A DNA stretch of 64,000 bases, from positions 28,458,001-28,522,000 of the forward strand of contig NC_043004.1 in assembly GCF_006345805.1 (NCBI RefSeq), given 5' to 3'. Position 1 is the first letter of the stretch; each line of letters starts with the position of its first letter. The position numbers and the translations under genes were made by a program. Under the pieces are notes generated by a model, which was not told the DNA's origin, made no database searches, and worked only from the letters and a program-made list of their open reading frames with translations. This document shows positions 39,445 to 53,201 of the stretch, one piece after another. This stretch comes from Octopus sinensis (taxonomy: Eukaryota).

Positions 39445-41383
39445 TACAAACATATTTGGTAGAGTAGAAAGAAAGGTTTCAATGATATTTGTAAAATATC
39501 ATTACCTTCTACAATAAATTTTCCCATGAGTTACATGAAAATATCACCAAGTATTTGATAATTACATAATTAACTCTAGCTATTAATGTACACTCATATA
39601 CATTCATATAGGCAGACTGGTAGGAAGAAAGGCATCACATCTCATCCAAAAGGCTATACCTTCACTACGCTGGAACAGTAAATAGTCCCTGTAAAATAAA
39701 GAACAGTACATGGTACCTACATATTCAGAGGGAATAAATTCCCTTCTATACTACTACATGTGTTAGAAAATGTCTAGTGTCGTTTCAACGTAAAAGATAT
39801 CACCCATATCATCAGCAGTTTCCCTACCTTGCTCTGATATTTGACGTTGTTGCCAAAAACCATTTACAATATTCGATTGTATTATCGCGATGTTCATGTC
39901 GGTAGCATACCAAAACCAGAATGTATCCTCACCTTTACGGATAAGGGATGTTTCTGGAATACTCCAATAAAAAAAATCAATCCGGTATAAACAAAAAGAA
40001 CAACAGTCATGCAGTGTTAAATATGCCAGCTGCCCAACAGATTGGGTCACTAGGCTCTGCGGGTCATGTTTAAAAAACAGTTGGGATGGTGAGTTTTTCT
40101 ATGAAAGAACAGAAGGAACTGCCTCTCATCCTTTAAATCCGAGAATAGTAAAGATTCATAAAACATTTCAAAACACACACAATTTCATTTGTATATTGCA
40201 TAAGTCGTTACTCTAAATTGTTAGTTAATCCAAATCTGAAGCTAGTTTAGTACTGATTTCCACAGTCACTTTTTCAGAACATTTGTGTAAAATCATGAAA
40301 ATTTAAATCAAGTCGAAAAATTATCTGTGAATGCAATGGTTCTAGTCACTTAAATTAAAATCACACTGGTCGTTTCTGCGGAAGATTTTCCGAGAACTTT
40401 AGTTTATCATGATTACTATTTCAATTAACCTACTTACTTTACTGGTACTTAAATTATCGGTAACAAGGGAAGAAAACGGTGTAAATGACCAAGGTAGGTT
40501 TTGAAATGAGAACGCAGAGAGACGTAATACTGCATTTTTATATAATTCATTTGAATTCTTCTCATATTCTCCCCTTTTTGTTACTTTACAAGAGAGGACA
40601 TACGTCGTGATTGAGAGTTTCGTAAACATGTTTTGAAGCATGTCCAAGCATAACCACGGTGAAATGAGCGAAGTTCATTTCATCGTTTAAACTAGTATAG
40701 AATATAACAGACTATTTATACATGACGACGTGTTTACTGTAACAACCAGACTCACTGAGAAAGAGAAAAAAATATTCTGTGTTGTAAAAAGGAATGAAAC
40801 GAATAACATAGACAAGTTTGCTTTTGTAAACGTAAAAATAAAATTAATGACATGAAATTTTTTTCTTTGATTTCATTCTGAAATTTTGATGGATGTTCAA
40901 AGGATAGTTTTTGATTTATAATTATAGCTGTGATTTTATTGATTTTTATTTCAGTTAAATTTACTGAAGTTTTTTTTGTTTCTAATTTGATTAGTTTTAT
41001 GGTCGTTAGTTTTATTTTATTTCTGTGTCATCACATTCAAAGACAAATTGTTATTTCCCATCCTACTAAAATTGCTTCTCATATTTTTTAACAAAGTCCA
41101 ATCATAGCTCACTTTAATTTATCGTCTCTTTCAATATTCGATCTATATTATTTTATATTCGTTCTTTGTTTTTTGTTGTAGTAATTATTTCGGTTTTGTT
41201 CCAATTCTCTATTTTTGTTGATGTCGCCATATCTTGATGTACTTTTAATAACTGTTTACATGAAAAGTATATTGATTACTTTACGTAACGTTATTATTCA
41301 ATGCAGTATTTATAAATTATGTAAGAAATTATTTTTTGTATCTAATCATGCCTGTCACACACACATATATATATAAATATATA

Positions 41384-41441
<58 letters not shown>

Positions 41442-42129
41442 ATGTACGTATATATGTATGTATGCATGTGTGTATAGGCGCCCGGGTGACTGTGTGGTAA
41501 GAAACTTGGTCCTAACTACTAGGAAAGAGTTGCCTAAAAAGAGCATAATTTATGACCTTTACCCTCTTTATCCTATTCAAAGGCATCTAGTGCTTTAATT
41601 GGTGGCGGGCATTCTTTGCTTTGATTTCAAATTTCGTATTGGATAATCCATCATGCGATCTCATTTCGAAGACGACTGATTTCCACCGAATGCGTTTAAG
41701 ATATTTTTTCAAAATCTTCTTGATATAAACTATTAGTTGAACAGGTAACGGAAACTGCTAAAACTGATGCATCAGTATTAAGAATTCTTGATCGGCACTT
41801 TTCGGATGATTTTGGTCCCTGTTAGTGTATATCATTTCATTCATGTGCGTTAACTACAGCATTAGAGTGGTTTAGCTCTTATTTCTAGCAATGTAGGTGT
41901 TTCCTAATATCCTAGTCTCCTTTAGTGAGCTTCGTAATTCTCCTTTTTGGTGAAACATTGCAAACTGCTGTTTATATTAATTTTATATATACACATTAGC
42001 GAATCGCTAAATCATTCAATTATCTGAATGACGCAAACATAAATACTAATGGAAAAATGGAGTCCGGAAAGAGCCGAACAATCGCCTAGTCGAGCCTTTA
42101 TTCATATGCGTATCGAGAATTTTTCTGCT

Positions 42130-42860
42130 ACCCGTTATTGTTGAGTGAATTCGTTTTTGTTTTCGTTTAACGTTATTTTGTGTATTCTACTTGGATTTGA
42201 ACTGTTGTCTTTTTTTACAGTAATTTTCGCCCTACGGGACTGAAATTTTCTGTCTGTGGACTTTTTGATACCTTCGTGGTAATTTTTGAAAAACTTTTTG
42301 GAAATTTTTCTTGTCGTTTTCGACAAGTTGTTATGGAATTTGATTAGCGTCAAAAAAAGATTTTCCCGTGATGGGAAAAGGTAATAACGAGGAAAGTCAA
42401 GGCGCAAAGGAAAACAATCGTTTTGAGTCACACGGGGCGGTACCGCCACAGAGTTAGAGGTGCAACAGGATCAGCTGTTAATTAAGAAAAATGGCAATGA
42501 AAGTAAACTGGTGCCACCACAAGAAAAGATTCAGGAATTAAATACTAAAACAGTGGTGTACAAAGTGTATAAACCTGAAAGAAAAGAAAATTTTGAACGT
42601 GAAAAACGAAATAGTTGAGAAATGTTTGTTTCCCATTTGGGATCAAATTTGCCAGGAGTGCAACTATCGAAGCTCAATTTGACTCGGCTGACGTATCGAA
42701 GGAGATATCTACACAATTCTAAAAATAATGAAATTATGCTGCTACCCACTTACTTGGGAAGAAGAACAGCTAAAGTGAACGGAACGTGGAGAACATCCTA
42801 AAAGGTTACGATGTAATGTGGGTAGCAGCTGCAGTGTTGTATGATGTCCCACGGGACGCC
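42130..42860 (+). mobile_element. probable LINE 5' UTR/ORF1 relic (Tx1-like)
   Basis: Broken coding-like tract (KTVVYKVY, EIVEKCL.PIWDQI, LLPTYLGRRTAK, GYDVMWVAAAVLYDVP) after a T-rich leader. Family assignment is tentative. Confidence 0.35.
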
Positions 42861-43171
42861 CTTATACATATATACACACATATACATTTATATACACGTC
42901 TATACATATATGTATTAAATGTATATATATATGTACATACGTGTGCGTGTATGGGTGAGCGTGTTTGTGTATGTATACACACATGCAATATGTGGGTGAG
43001 ATTTTCGATACTAGAATCGTATCTGATTCTTCAGATGCTTGAATTCTGTTTATGTACATATATTGACTAAATTGCTGACATTCATTAATACTTTTTCCTA
43101 TTGTGTTCATGTGCAATTTCTTATCATTAACAAAACAGTTGGCGTTTTTGATGACACAGGGGGAATTTTGA

Positions 43172-43203
<32 letters not shown>

Positions 43204-43406
43204 TTATGTATGTATGTATATATACTTTTATATTTTTACCTGTCTCAACCATTTGATTCGCCTGCAATGGCTTTAGTCGAAGCGATTGACCCAGGTTTAT
43301 TCTAAGCCTAGTGTTTATTCTATCGGTATCTTTTACCGAGCAAGTAAATATATTTACTGGTTGTCAAGAGGTGATGAGTTGGTGCAAGCACTGACACTAA
43401 GACACA

Positions 43407-43499
<93 letters not shown>

Positions 43500-43509
43500 C
43501 GGTCTTTAT

Positions 43510-43635
43510 TTTCCATCTACGAAATCAACTCAGAAGGCTTTCGTCATGCCAAGGCTATAATAGAAGACATTTGCCCAAGGTGCCACGCAGTGGGACTGAA
43601 CCCGGAGCTTCTTACAACACAGTCATTCCTGCGCC
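43510..43635 (-). mobile_element. SINE family B 5' part
   Basis: Reverse complement of ggcgcagga.tgactgtgt...ccgggttcagtcccactgcgtggcaccttgggcaa, as in the 56061 copy. Confidence 0.8.
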
Positions 43636-43676
43636 TATGTACACATCCATTCCTGCTCCCATTATATATATATATA

Positions 43677-44862
43677 CATGGGTTGGACAAAATAATGGAA
43701 ACAACTTAAATTTCAAACAAATTTATTTTAATATGGTGTAGGACCGCCTTTAGCAGTAATTACAGTTTGAATTTTACGAGATATGGACTCGTACAAAGTT
43801 TGAATTGTTTCAACAGGAATTTTTGTCCATTCTTCAGCTAAAACAGTCTCCTGTTCTTGCAGTGATTACTTCTTTTTCGAAAATGCACCATAAGTTTTCA
43901 ATAATACTGAGATCTGGGGACTGTGGTAGCCAGATAAGATGTTCAACTTCACTGGACTGTTCCTCGTGCCATTCAGTAACAACTTTAGCTGTGTGAATTG
44001 GTGCATTATCATCCTGAAAAATTGCGTTTCCCTCTTCAGCAACCATAGGATGAATTTGATCAGATAAAATGCTTAAATAGTCTTGACTATTAATTCTACC
44101 ATTGGGCTGGCGGATTTCCAAGATATAGCCCCCTTCCCCAGATCATTACCGGCCCTCCTCCATGTTGGAATAAGGCAACTGGGTGAAGAGCTTCTTTTGG
44201 TTGTTCCCACACGTATACTCAACCGACCGCCGAAATAAGGTAAAGGATGATTCGTTCGAGAAAATAACATTCTTGCAGTACTCTAGGGAGCAATTCTGAA
44301 GGTTTTTACTCCACTCTAAAGGCTTTGCAACGTTTGTTTTTGAAAGGGGTGGCTTTCTGATGGCAGCCCTCTCGTGGAATCCGGCTTTGTGCAGCTCCCA
44401 GAAAACGGTTTTTGTGGAAACTGGGTTCTCGAGATGGTCATTAAACTCTGCAATAATTTGGGGAGCTGTACTTTTGTGATGCTTTCTAACAATTCGCGTA
44501 AGAGTTGAACGGTCCCTATCTGGAAGCTTTGGTTTTCTTCTGGAGTTTTGTTTCGACTAGGAGGTTTTTCCCTCTTTCTCAAAGGGTGTCATTACTTTCG
44601 ACACAGTACTTTTTGATACTCCAAACAATTCGGCTGTTTTCGCGATGCTAGCGCCTGCCATACGAGCACCAACAATTTGACCTCTTTGAAAGTCCAATAG
44701 CTCTGTCATTTTAATGAATTTTAATAACCTTTTTTTGATATCTGAAAAGAAATAGCAATTTTAGCAAAGCATAAAAATAAACAAGCTTTTGACTGTTTTA
44801 TAGATATTTCAAAACTATGATGCTATGATGCTAGGTGCTTCCATTATTTTGTCCAACCCCTG
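43677..44862 (-). mobile_element. Tc1-family (DD34E) transposon, ~1.19 kb, transposase pseudogene
   Basis: TIRs ca(t/g)gggttggacaaaataatggaa, TA flanks, motifs FQDDNAPIHTAK and WLPQSPDLSIIENLW. Confidence 0.92.
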
Positions 44863-44871
44863 TATATATGT

Positions 44872-44872
44872 A

Positions 44873-44965
<93 letters not shown>

Positions 44966-45005
44966 GTCTCTGTCTCTCTCTCTCTATATATATATAGAGA
45001 GAGAC
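44872..45005. repeat. (TCTA)n microsatellite without a Tx1 insertion, followed by TC/TA/GA repeats
   Basis: Directly visible. Confidence 0.97.
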
Positions 45006-45112
45006 GAATTTTCTTCTAGAGAACATTATTTTCTTTGTAGTTTGATCGTAGGTGATCTACTTCTAGCATACAGCTGACCACCTAGTGGTTTTTTAGCTCT
45101 TTAAATATACAC

Positions 45113-45179
<67 letters not shown>

Positions 45180-45280
45180 AAATTCATAGCAAAACAAAGA
45201 CAAAGCCAGGTATAGGAATAACATGCATGTGAATTAGTTCGACACACTTTTAGGTATCGAGCCTACGCTCTTCTATATAT

Positions 45281-45319
<39 letters not shown>

Positions 45320-45337
45320 TATATATATATATATATA

Positions 45338-45384
<47 letters not shown>

Positions 45385-45964
45385 AGTGAATAGATAAGGA
45401 TGAATTACGCAGGTGGGTACTGTTGCTGCACACTCAATAATCTTAAATCGTATCCACAAAAGGGGCCATGTTTCTGGTTGTCAAAAAGTTCCTCAAAGCC
45501 TCTAGTCCACGGATGCGTTCTCCCTTGACCTCAGCCTTTTCTATCACTGCTATAAGAGCTTCTATTCCTTGCAACTAGTTGGTGTTCTACCTTCTCTATT
45601 CAGGCACTCCCGACTCACGCGTCACATCTGCAGTGTATCCTGTCATCCCAGATCCTTCATAAGTATCTAAACTCATTGCTTCTTTCCGAAAATATCAACC
45701 CCTGGATTTCGGGTCTTGCTCTTACATTTTTAAATTACGTTTCTAAAAATGTCCTCGGGTTTATTTTAAATGCACTTTAAATACTACTTTCTTTCAGAAC
45801 TCCCCCTTAACTTTTCAAAAGGCCCGAAGATTCTTCATCTCTATTCTATAGTGATGAAACAAATGCAACAGATTCTAGATTCCATTGTCACTCAGGCAGT
45901 GATTGCTTTTCATGCATCTAATGTTGGATGAAATAAATGAGTTCAAATGATTGGCGATCTTTAT

Positions 45965-46115
45965 TAAATCCATATGAGATCAAATACCTCCGCGGTCGAA
46001 TTTGCCTTTCATAATTTTGGGGTCAATAAAATTAGTGCCAGTTGAGCACTGGGGTCGATGTAATCAACCTTAGCTCGTCTTCCGAAATTTCTGGCATTGT
46101 ACCAATATTTGAAAC
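45965..46115 (+). mobile_element. SINE family A, headless parental-type copy
   Basis: Core and normal tail (ccagttgagcactgggg...atttgaaacc). Confidence 0.8.
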
Positions 46116-46130
46116 CAATATTATTATTAG

Positions 46131-46697
46131 TAAGAGGGCTGGCTGGCAGGATCGTGAGCATGCTGGGCCAAATGCTTAGCAGTATTTCGTCTGCCGTTAC
46201 GTTCTGAGGTCGACTTTGCCTTTCATCCTTTCGGGATCGATAAATTAAGTACCAGTTACGCACTGGGGTCGATGTAATCGACTTAATCCCTTTGTCTGTC
46301 CTTGTTTGTCCTATCTGTGTTTAGCCCCTTGTGGATAGTAAAGAAATAGGTATTTCGTCTGCCGCTATGTTCTGAGTTCAAATTCTGCCGAGGTCGACTT
46401 TGCCTTTCATCCTTTCGGGGTCGATTATATAAGTACCAGTTACGCACTGGGGTCGATGTAATCGACTTAATCCCTTTGTCTATCCTTGTTTGTCCTCTCT
46501 GTGCTTAGCCCCTTGTGGGTAGTAAAGAAATAGGTATTTCATCCGTCTTTATGTTCTGAGTTCAAATTCCGCGGAGGTCGATTCTGACCTTCATCATTTC
46601 GGGGTTCATAAAATAAGTTCCAGTTGAGCACTGGGGTCAATATAATCGACTTACCCTCTCACCTGAAATTGCTGGCCTTGTGCCAAAATTGGAAGCC
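46131..46697 (+). mobile_element. SINE family A nested array with two Tx1-tailed units
   Basis: head-body-[tail 46285-46348]-body-[tail 46469-46532]-host body-normal tail; both tails are followed by (G)GTATTTC. Confidence 0.92.
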
Positions 46698-47619
46698 AAT
46701 AATTTTATTAGTGATCGTGAAGATAATCTTTTGATTAATTATTGCGACAAGATGTAGTGTACTTTGTTATAGACGCTTTTATATCGTTGACAAAGTTTTA
46801 TCTACGCTTTGTTTATAGACTATATATGTGTTCATAATTTTTAGCCAATTTTGTAGTGAAATTAATGGCAAAAAGCAAAGTCTGGTATGAAGCAAGATAT
46901 AGAGTTACAATCTGTAAAATGTTGCACAATTTGCATGTTTAGTATTTACTCACTTTCATTTACATTCTGTGTTCGAATTCCGTTAAGTTCAAATCTGCCT
47001 TTTATCCTTCTATGCGTCATAAATAAGGTACCAGTTAAATACTAACGATAGGTATCATAATAGCGATAGGTATTATAAACGTAACCACTACAAAAGGTGC
47101 TTCGTAGTGGTTAGATTTATGAAAGGAAGTTGCGATGGAACAAGAGCACTAGTAAAATTGATTTGCGGTCAGTTTTCCCTTTCATTCTTCAGGATTGATT
47201 TGAAAAATGGAATTATTATAATTAACTGCATTCATGTCTATAACTTGCAGTTTACTATCGAGGAGGAAATCAATATTTAACACATTTTATGGACAGTTGA
47301 GTTGTACAATCAGTACAGCTCTGAACAATATACACTGCAACATATAGTTAAATTCCTTTACCATTTCAGTCAAAATCCCATTACGGTCACCTCTATCTTT
47401 TATTCTTACTAGATCGATATTAGCTGAGTACTGGAGTCGATTTAAAATGACACTTCTTCACGAAGTTGTGTGGCCACAAATTTGGGAGTTAAAGGTATAT
47501 AAAACTAGTCTTGGATTTGAGGGAATTATTTAACATCTATGACAATAATTCTGTACTTAGTTTTAAGTTATTCGTGTTGCTTTTATTTCTCTATACATTA
47601 TTGAGTTAAGGATCAATGC

Positions 47620-48690
47620 AAAAGGAAAAGCGCGGTACGAGACCAAAAACGAAGAAATTAGAAGAGGAGACACAGAAACCATCGCACACCCACACACTCT
47701 AAACCAACACGGTTACAAACATCTCCAACGCTACAAACACAGGGTAACAGTACAAACATCTCAACAAACGGAAACACATAACAATCCAGACCAACAACAT
47801 GAACAGCACTCTCAAGGGATCATCAATTAGACGTCCATAGACAAAACAAGAACTCAATAAAACATATTCAAAAATACTCAGATTTTACTCTGAATGAATA
47901 CATCGCACTTCTGCACAACACTACTATTCACATAAAAATTATAAAAACAACGCAACAAACTGAAAGCAAAATATTCGAAAGAAGTGGAAGCTTTTCGCGG
48001 GGCCATAAACAAATGACTCTTCAAAGATATGCTTGTGGAAACACCCACAAGTAGCCTGTTTTCGGTGGATATGAGATTTACTTACCTCCATTCCAACTGG
48101 GAATGGGAAAGGAATTGCATTATTGCTCTGGAAATGTCTGAAGTTCGAAATAAGGGATCCGAATGGTAAGTTAGTGGTCCTGAATCTGAAAAGTAGTGAT
48201 GGGACTGCATTCATACTGGAGGATGTTTATGCTCCGACAGGGGCAGGTCAGCCGGGTTTCTTTAGACATCTGGCAGTTTTCCTGAGAAAGTCCCGATCTT
48301 TAGTGATAAAGTCCCGATCTTTAGTGATAAATTGGTGACTGGAACGCTTTCTTGCAAGCTCGTTTAGAGCGTGTAGAGCTAGCTGTGATAAGAGGGTGGG
48401 ATATAAAAAAGTCTCAACAACCTATTCAGATGTATTCAAATATCAGGTATCGACTAGATATTCCGAATGCGCCACAGTGGTCATGGACGGACAGCATTGG
48501 GTCAGGTCATCTAAGTCGTTACTAGATAGAGTAGTCCGTGCACTAGAAGATGAGGATATCAAAAGTTGTCCACTTATTAGTGGTTTGCTACACAGACCAC
48601 TAATTTGTGATCTGGACGGTCGACTTAGATCGACGTCATAGGCAAGGATCTGGCTACTAGAAGCTGAACGCATCACACTCGGCGTACCAA
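47620..48690 (+). mobile_element. old Tx1-family copy (D): ORF1 end and APE domain relic
   Basis: DPNGKLVVLNL...AFILEDVYAPTGAGQPGFFRHLAVFL is homologous to copy [12 protein letters not shown]...[26 protein letters not shown]. Confidence 0.75.
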
Positions 48691-48710
48691 GCTGACAGGG
48701 ACCTGAATAG

Positions 48711-48811
48711 CAAGGTTCCTCAATAAGGATTGTTTAAGGATGCTGAACAAAACACATATGTTTCTAAGGGTGAATTATTCAGACCCCAAAGAATTCCTTT
48801 CAACACATGGC
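48711..48811. mobile_element. internal fragment of the ~550-bp element
   Basis: caaggttcctcaataaggattgtttaaggatgctgaac...caacacatggc matches 28134-28235. Confidence 0.8.
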
Positions 48812-48819
48812 CGTTTAAA

Positions 48820-50185
48820 TAGGAAAGTCCTACAAAATCTTACATTTCTCGGACTCAAGTACTCTATCGACTCGATGATTGTACCATGTTTTTCCAGCAT
48901 CAAATCCTCATTTCTGACAGTTTCCAGTATGTATCTTTTGCAACCTGGTCATGCTTCCATCTCTTAAATTCTTCCTGTGCCAACTTGGGGCATTTTGCCA
49001 CAGTGTGTACCACTGTCTCGTTCCAGTTCCACAGGCTCTACATTGTTTGCTTTTATCGATTGACTTTGGGCTGCTAAAATTAGGCTCTCTGTTTCTTTTT
49101 TAATTGCCATTTTTTCTTAACCAAACCCAGGATTTTGTTCCACTTATGTCTTTAGTGACTCACGAAAATTAGCCATACAGAAGTTTCTCTTCAATCTGTC
49201 TGACGTACTCTGTTTGTATTTCATTCTTGTCCTTTTCTCTTATTACGCGCTTCATCACTTGTACTTTATTAACTCTGTTTTGTAGCAAATACTTTTCTAG
49301 GCATTTTCTTTCCACCTGCACACATTCTTCTACTGCTATTCCTCGAGTACAGCCGGTTGGGTTGATATCAGCTTTCGGATGGTGGGCTCCATACATTGTC
49401 AACAACTGCCCATTTTTTTTTTTTTTTTTTTTTGTCAAATTACTATATATCGTTTTTTGTCCAGTCTATAATTCCAACTCCATATCTGATTAAGGGTACT
49501 GCTCTTGAATTTATTGCTTCAATAAGATTTTTGGAATTCAGCCTTGACTGCAATAATTCTCCTTGTGTACTCCCTACTGGTAATTTGTTCCATTTATTCA
49601 TCTTTTTATCTCATCTACTTCCAGTATTCCCATGTACTTATACCACTGTCTTTCCTCAACCGCTCTCATTGTTTGCTCATTTGGCATTTCAATTCCCTGG
49701 TTTCTTTTAAATCTTCCTCGTTTCATTTTCAATATAGCGCACTTTTCTATCACAAATTCCATACCTACGTCATTTGAGAACATGCGGATAGTATGTACAA
49801 GACTTTCAAGCTGTTTCTCATATTCCGCATAAATCTTTATATCACCCACGAAAGGGAGATGATTTATCTGACCATTTCCTTTTCCAAAATCGTAAGCAAT
49901 TTTAACTTTTCATAGTATTATAGTGTGCGATGTCATGACCAGTACGAATAGTAATGGAGATAAGCTAACATCATAGAATATTCCACATCTGATGAACTTT
50001 TCCAAGTTTTTGCTTTCCTTCGATCAAATCAGCATTCCAATGTTCCACACTTTCTTTAAGCATTTTCTCCATGTTTTTTGCTATTCCAAACATGGTCATT
50101 GTTTTACTTATCCAACTGTGGAGTACCATGTCATATGCTTTCTTGTAATCTAGCCATCCTACATTCAGTCCCGTCAATCTGCGTC
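48820..50185 (-). mobile_element. R4/Dong-clade LINE fragment (second subfamily), truncated at both ends
   Basis: WLDYKKAYDMVLHSWI, MGDIKIYA, FVIEKCAILKMKRG, YKYMGILE and a decayed CCHC region. The 5' end abuts the (ATT)n array at ~50187-50256. Confidence 0.85.
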
Positions 50186-50256
<71 letters not shown>

Positions 50257-52205
50257 TACTTTTAATCTGCATGCTTGTTACAATCACTTGCCTAAACACA
50301 CACAGCGTTGTAGGGTGAGTGAAGGATAAGAGATGTTACAATATGACTGAAAGCTTGGGGAGGGAAAGTAGCAGGGACAGTAACGAAATATCTTCATGTA
50401 GTACAACACAGACATTTAAATTGACAGGGTTTTCTAAGTGTCAGCACAATCTTTTGGATTTCTCTGAGACATGGTTCTCCTGGGTTATAATCTAGATGTT
50501 TCTGACACCCTTTCTTGCCATACCTAAGGCACCCACAATTACAGGAACAGTTCTCGCTTTAAAATGCCATATCTTGTGTATTCTGATTCCCAGGTCCTTA
50601 TATTTACTTAATTTGTCAAATTTCTTTACAAATATATTTTTATCAGCAGGGACACAATTAGATCTATTAGTCTACAAGTATTTTCTTCCTCCTCTTTAAT
50701 GACTATGCCTGGTCGAATAACCTGGATCGTTTTGTTGGTGTTGACTGGAAAATCCCAGAGGAAAGTGACATCTTTACCTTTAACGACTGGCTCAGGGGGA
50801 TGCCCATACCAGTAAGCAGGTGTGCTGATATTGTAATGATTACATATTTTCCAATGTAAATACTGTCCTACCTTATCGTGGCGATTTTTGTATTCCCTTG
50901 ATGTCAGCACAAGACATCCCGAGACAAGATGCTCTATTGTTTCGTCAAATTTACCGCAGAATCTGCATTTAGGGCGAGAACAGTTTTCAGCAACGTTAGC
51001 CTGGAAGTTTTTGGTCAGCAAGCTTTGATGTCTTTTTCTCTCAGTCCTCAGCATCTCGGTCACGGATGGCTTGTTGCTCGATCTTCATCAGCATTTCGGC
51101 TTCAAAGTATATACCGTCCATGCAGAGGCTTCTGGCTCCACCGCTCCTCAATTTGTTTCAGCCCATCCTTTATTACAGATTGTTTGATCCGTTTTGCTTG
51201 TTTTATGGGAATGGTTTCAGGTTCTTCATCTAATTCAGGGTTAATGCCAAGTTTCCTTGCGAATTTGCAAGCTTCCTTGACAATGGAATGTGAATTTTTG
51301 CTACTTTCATGTTTTCACCCAAGCCGCAGTATCCAGTCCTCTGTACTAGATAAGTGCTTGTTCATTACTATTGTGGAGATCTTATAGTACAGCTCTCCCT
51401 GCATCATTCCTCTTCCCTCATTACTTCTAGGTAGGTACAGACAATCAACATCCGCTTTTGAGTGGTGCATGTTCTTAGTTGTCAGTTGTTTTCTTGTTTT
51501 CCTGTCCAGGCGTTGAAGCTGTGTAAGATTCAAGTTAAGGATCTTACAACTATGTTGGACTACTGGAAGTGCCAGGGTGTTAATGGCTTCGATGCGATTT
51601 TTAGATTTAGGTTCAGTTTTTAGTATGAGTTTTATTCTCTTGTAATACTCTTTTCTTATTTTTTCCTTCATAGCAGCATGTTGTATACCCTCTCCTTCGT
51701 TTATCCCCAGGCTCATTCATGGTAGTGTCGGTATTTAATTTAATGTTAGCTGTTAGCTTGAACTTACCTCTTACAAAAGTTACTTTAGCACACTTATCAA
51801 GGCCAAAATCCATCCCGACATCATTGCTGAACTGTTTAACAGTCGTTAAGAGTCCTATTAGCTCTTCATCATTTCAAGCAAACAGCTTCAGATCGTCCAT
51901 AGGAAACAGATGGTTTACTATTATATTATACACTTTGAACCCATATCTGGTGCTACTCAGTTCGTTTGAGAGTGGGATCAGTGCCATGCAAAAGAGTAAT
52001 GGGGAGAGGGAGTCACCTTGAAAGATGCCTCGTTTGATGCTGATGTTGTTAAATTGGCTCATCTCATTACTATGGTGTAGAAGGAGACGTGTATTCCACT
52101 TGGCCATGCTACCTTGTAAGAATTTGGAGACGACAGGAGAGATCTTATATACTTCAAGAGCCTTCAGTAGGCAATTATGTGGGACACTATCAAACGCTTT
52201 CTTCT
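50257..52205 (-). mobile_element. R4/Dong-clade LINE (third subfamily), 5'-truncated, with intact 3' end
   Basis: IKRGIFQGDSLSPLLFCMALIPL, MDDLKLFA, FGLDKCAK, CRFCGKFDETIEHLVSGC, RHDKVGQYLHW, FLWDFPVNT..TIQ..RPGIV. The 3' end runs into (AAT)n; the 5' end is at a (TAC)n array. Confidence 0.92.
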
Positions 52206-52209
52206 AGTC

Positions 52210-52221
52210 TATTACTATTAT

Positions 52222-52275
<54 letters not shown>

Positions 52276-52287
52276 CACCACACCACC

Positions 52288-52378
<91 letters not shown>

Positions 52379-52380
52379 TT
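52210..52380. repeat. (TAC)n/(CAC)n microsatellite
   Basis: Directly visible. Confidence 0.97.
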
Positions 52381-52819
52381 GAGTGAGAGAGCACTGGGGC
52401 ACAAATATACGAAGCCGAATATATCCATCATGGCTACCTGTCTGATATGGGTACACCAGGTACATGCATCACAAACATATGTGCGTGACATGGTGTTCTT
52501 ATATCAAGATAATCAGCACATGACCTTGCAGATGGGGCCCAGTCAGAATTTTCTTCAGGTTGAGTAACCCATCCCGCTCAAAATTCCTCTCACCACATGG
52601 CTATGATACTCCCCCACCACTCCTGCTCGGGGTCAGAGTTGCACATATCGTCAGTCACAAAGGGTCATGCACACTTGGTGATGGCCGAGCAACTGGCAAG
52701 CAAATCTGAGACAATAAGCAAAATATTTGCTGTAGCCCAAGCCCAAGACAAAACTTGTACATAACACTTCCAGTCACTTAAAATCAGAACCCACGAGAAC
52801 CACTGCCTTGTATTGCATC
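52381..52819. mobile_element. ~550-bp element, copy 3 (two internal deletions, more diverged)
   Basis: Same termini (gagtgagagagc...gcatc); lacks ~20 bp near the left end and ~85 bp centrally. Confidence 0.88.
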
Positions 52820-53125
52820 ATCATCATCATCATCATCATCATATCGTCGTCGTCGTCGTTTAACATGGATTGATGGTTTGACAGGAGCTGGCCAAGCAGG
52901 TACCTGCACCAGACCTCTGTGTCTGTTTTGGCAGGGGTTTTATGGCTGGATATCCTTCCTAACACCAACCACTCAGCAGGGTGGACTGAGTGCTTTTTAC
53001 GTGGCAAAAGCACAGGTGAAGTCAGTTTTGGCATGGTTTTTCCAAATGCCAACCACTTTACAATGTAGACTGGATGCTTTTTAAGTGACACCAACGTTGG
53101 CAGGGTCACCAAGTAACTTGCAATA
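52820..53125 (-). mobile_element. RTE-tail-like non-autonomous element with (GAT/GAC)n tail
   Basis: Duplicated motif gttttggca.gg.ttt...ccttcctaa..ccaaccact next to a (ATC/GTC)n run; resembles RTE-type 3' ends. Confidence 0.5.
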
Positions 53126-53140
53126 CAAAGAGCATGAGAG

Positions 53141-53141
53141 G

Positions 53142-53201
<60 letters not shown>

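Noticed and set aside
46131-46697. Repeat-spacer-like periodicity resembling a CRISPR array (also 14748-15330)
   Set aside because: Units are ~185-bp SINE segments with homologous, not unique, intervening sequence; no cas genes; eukaryotic context.
48287-48328. Perfect 21-bp tandem duplication AAAGTCCCGATCTTTAGTGAT
   Set aside because: Ordinary slippage duplication inside a dead LINE copy.
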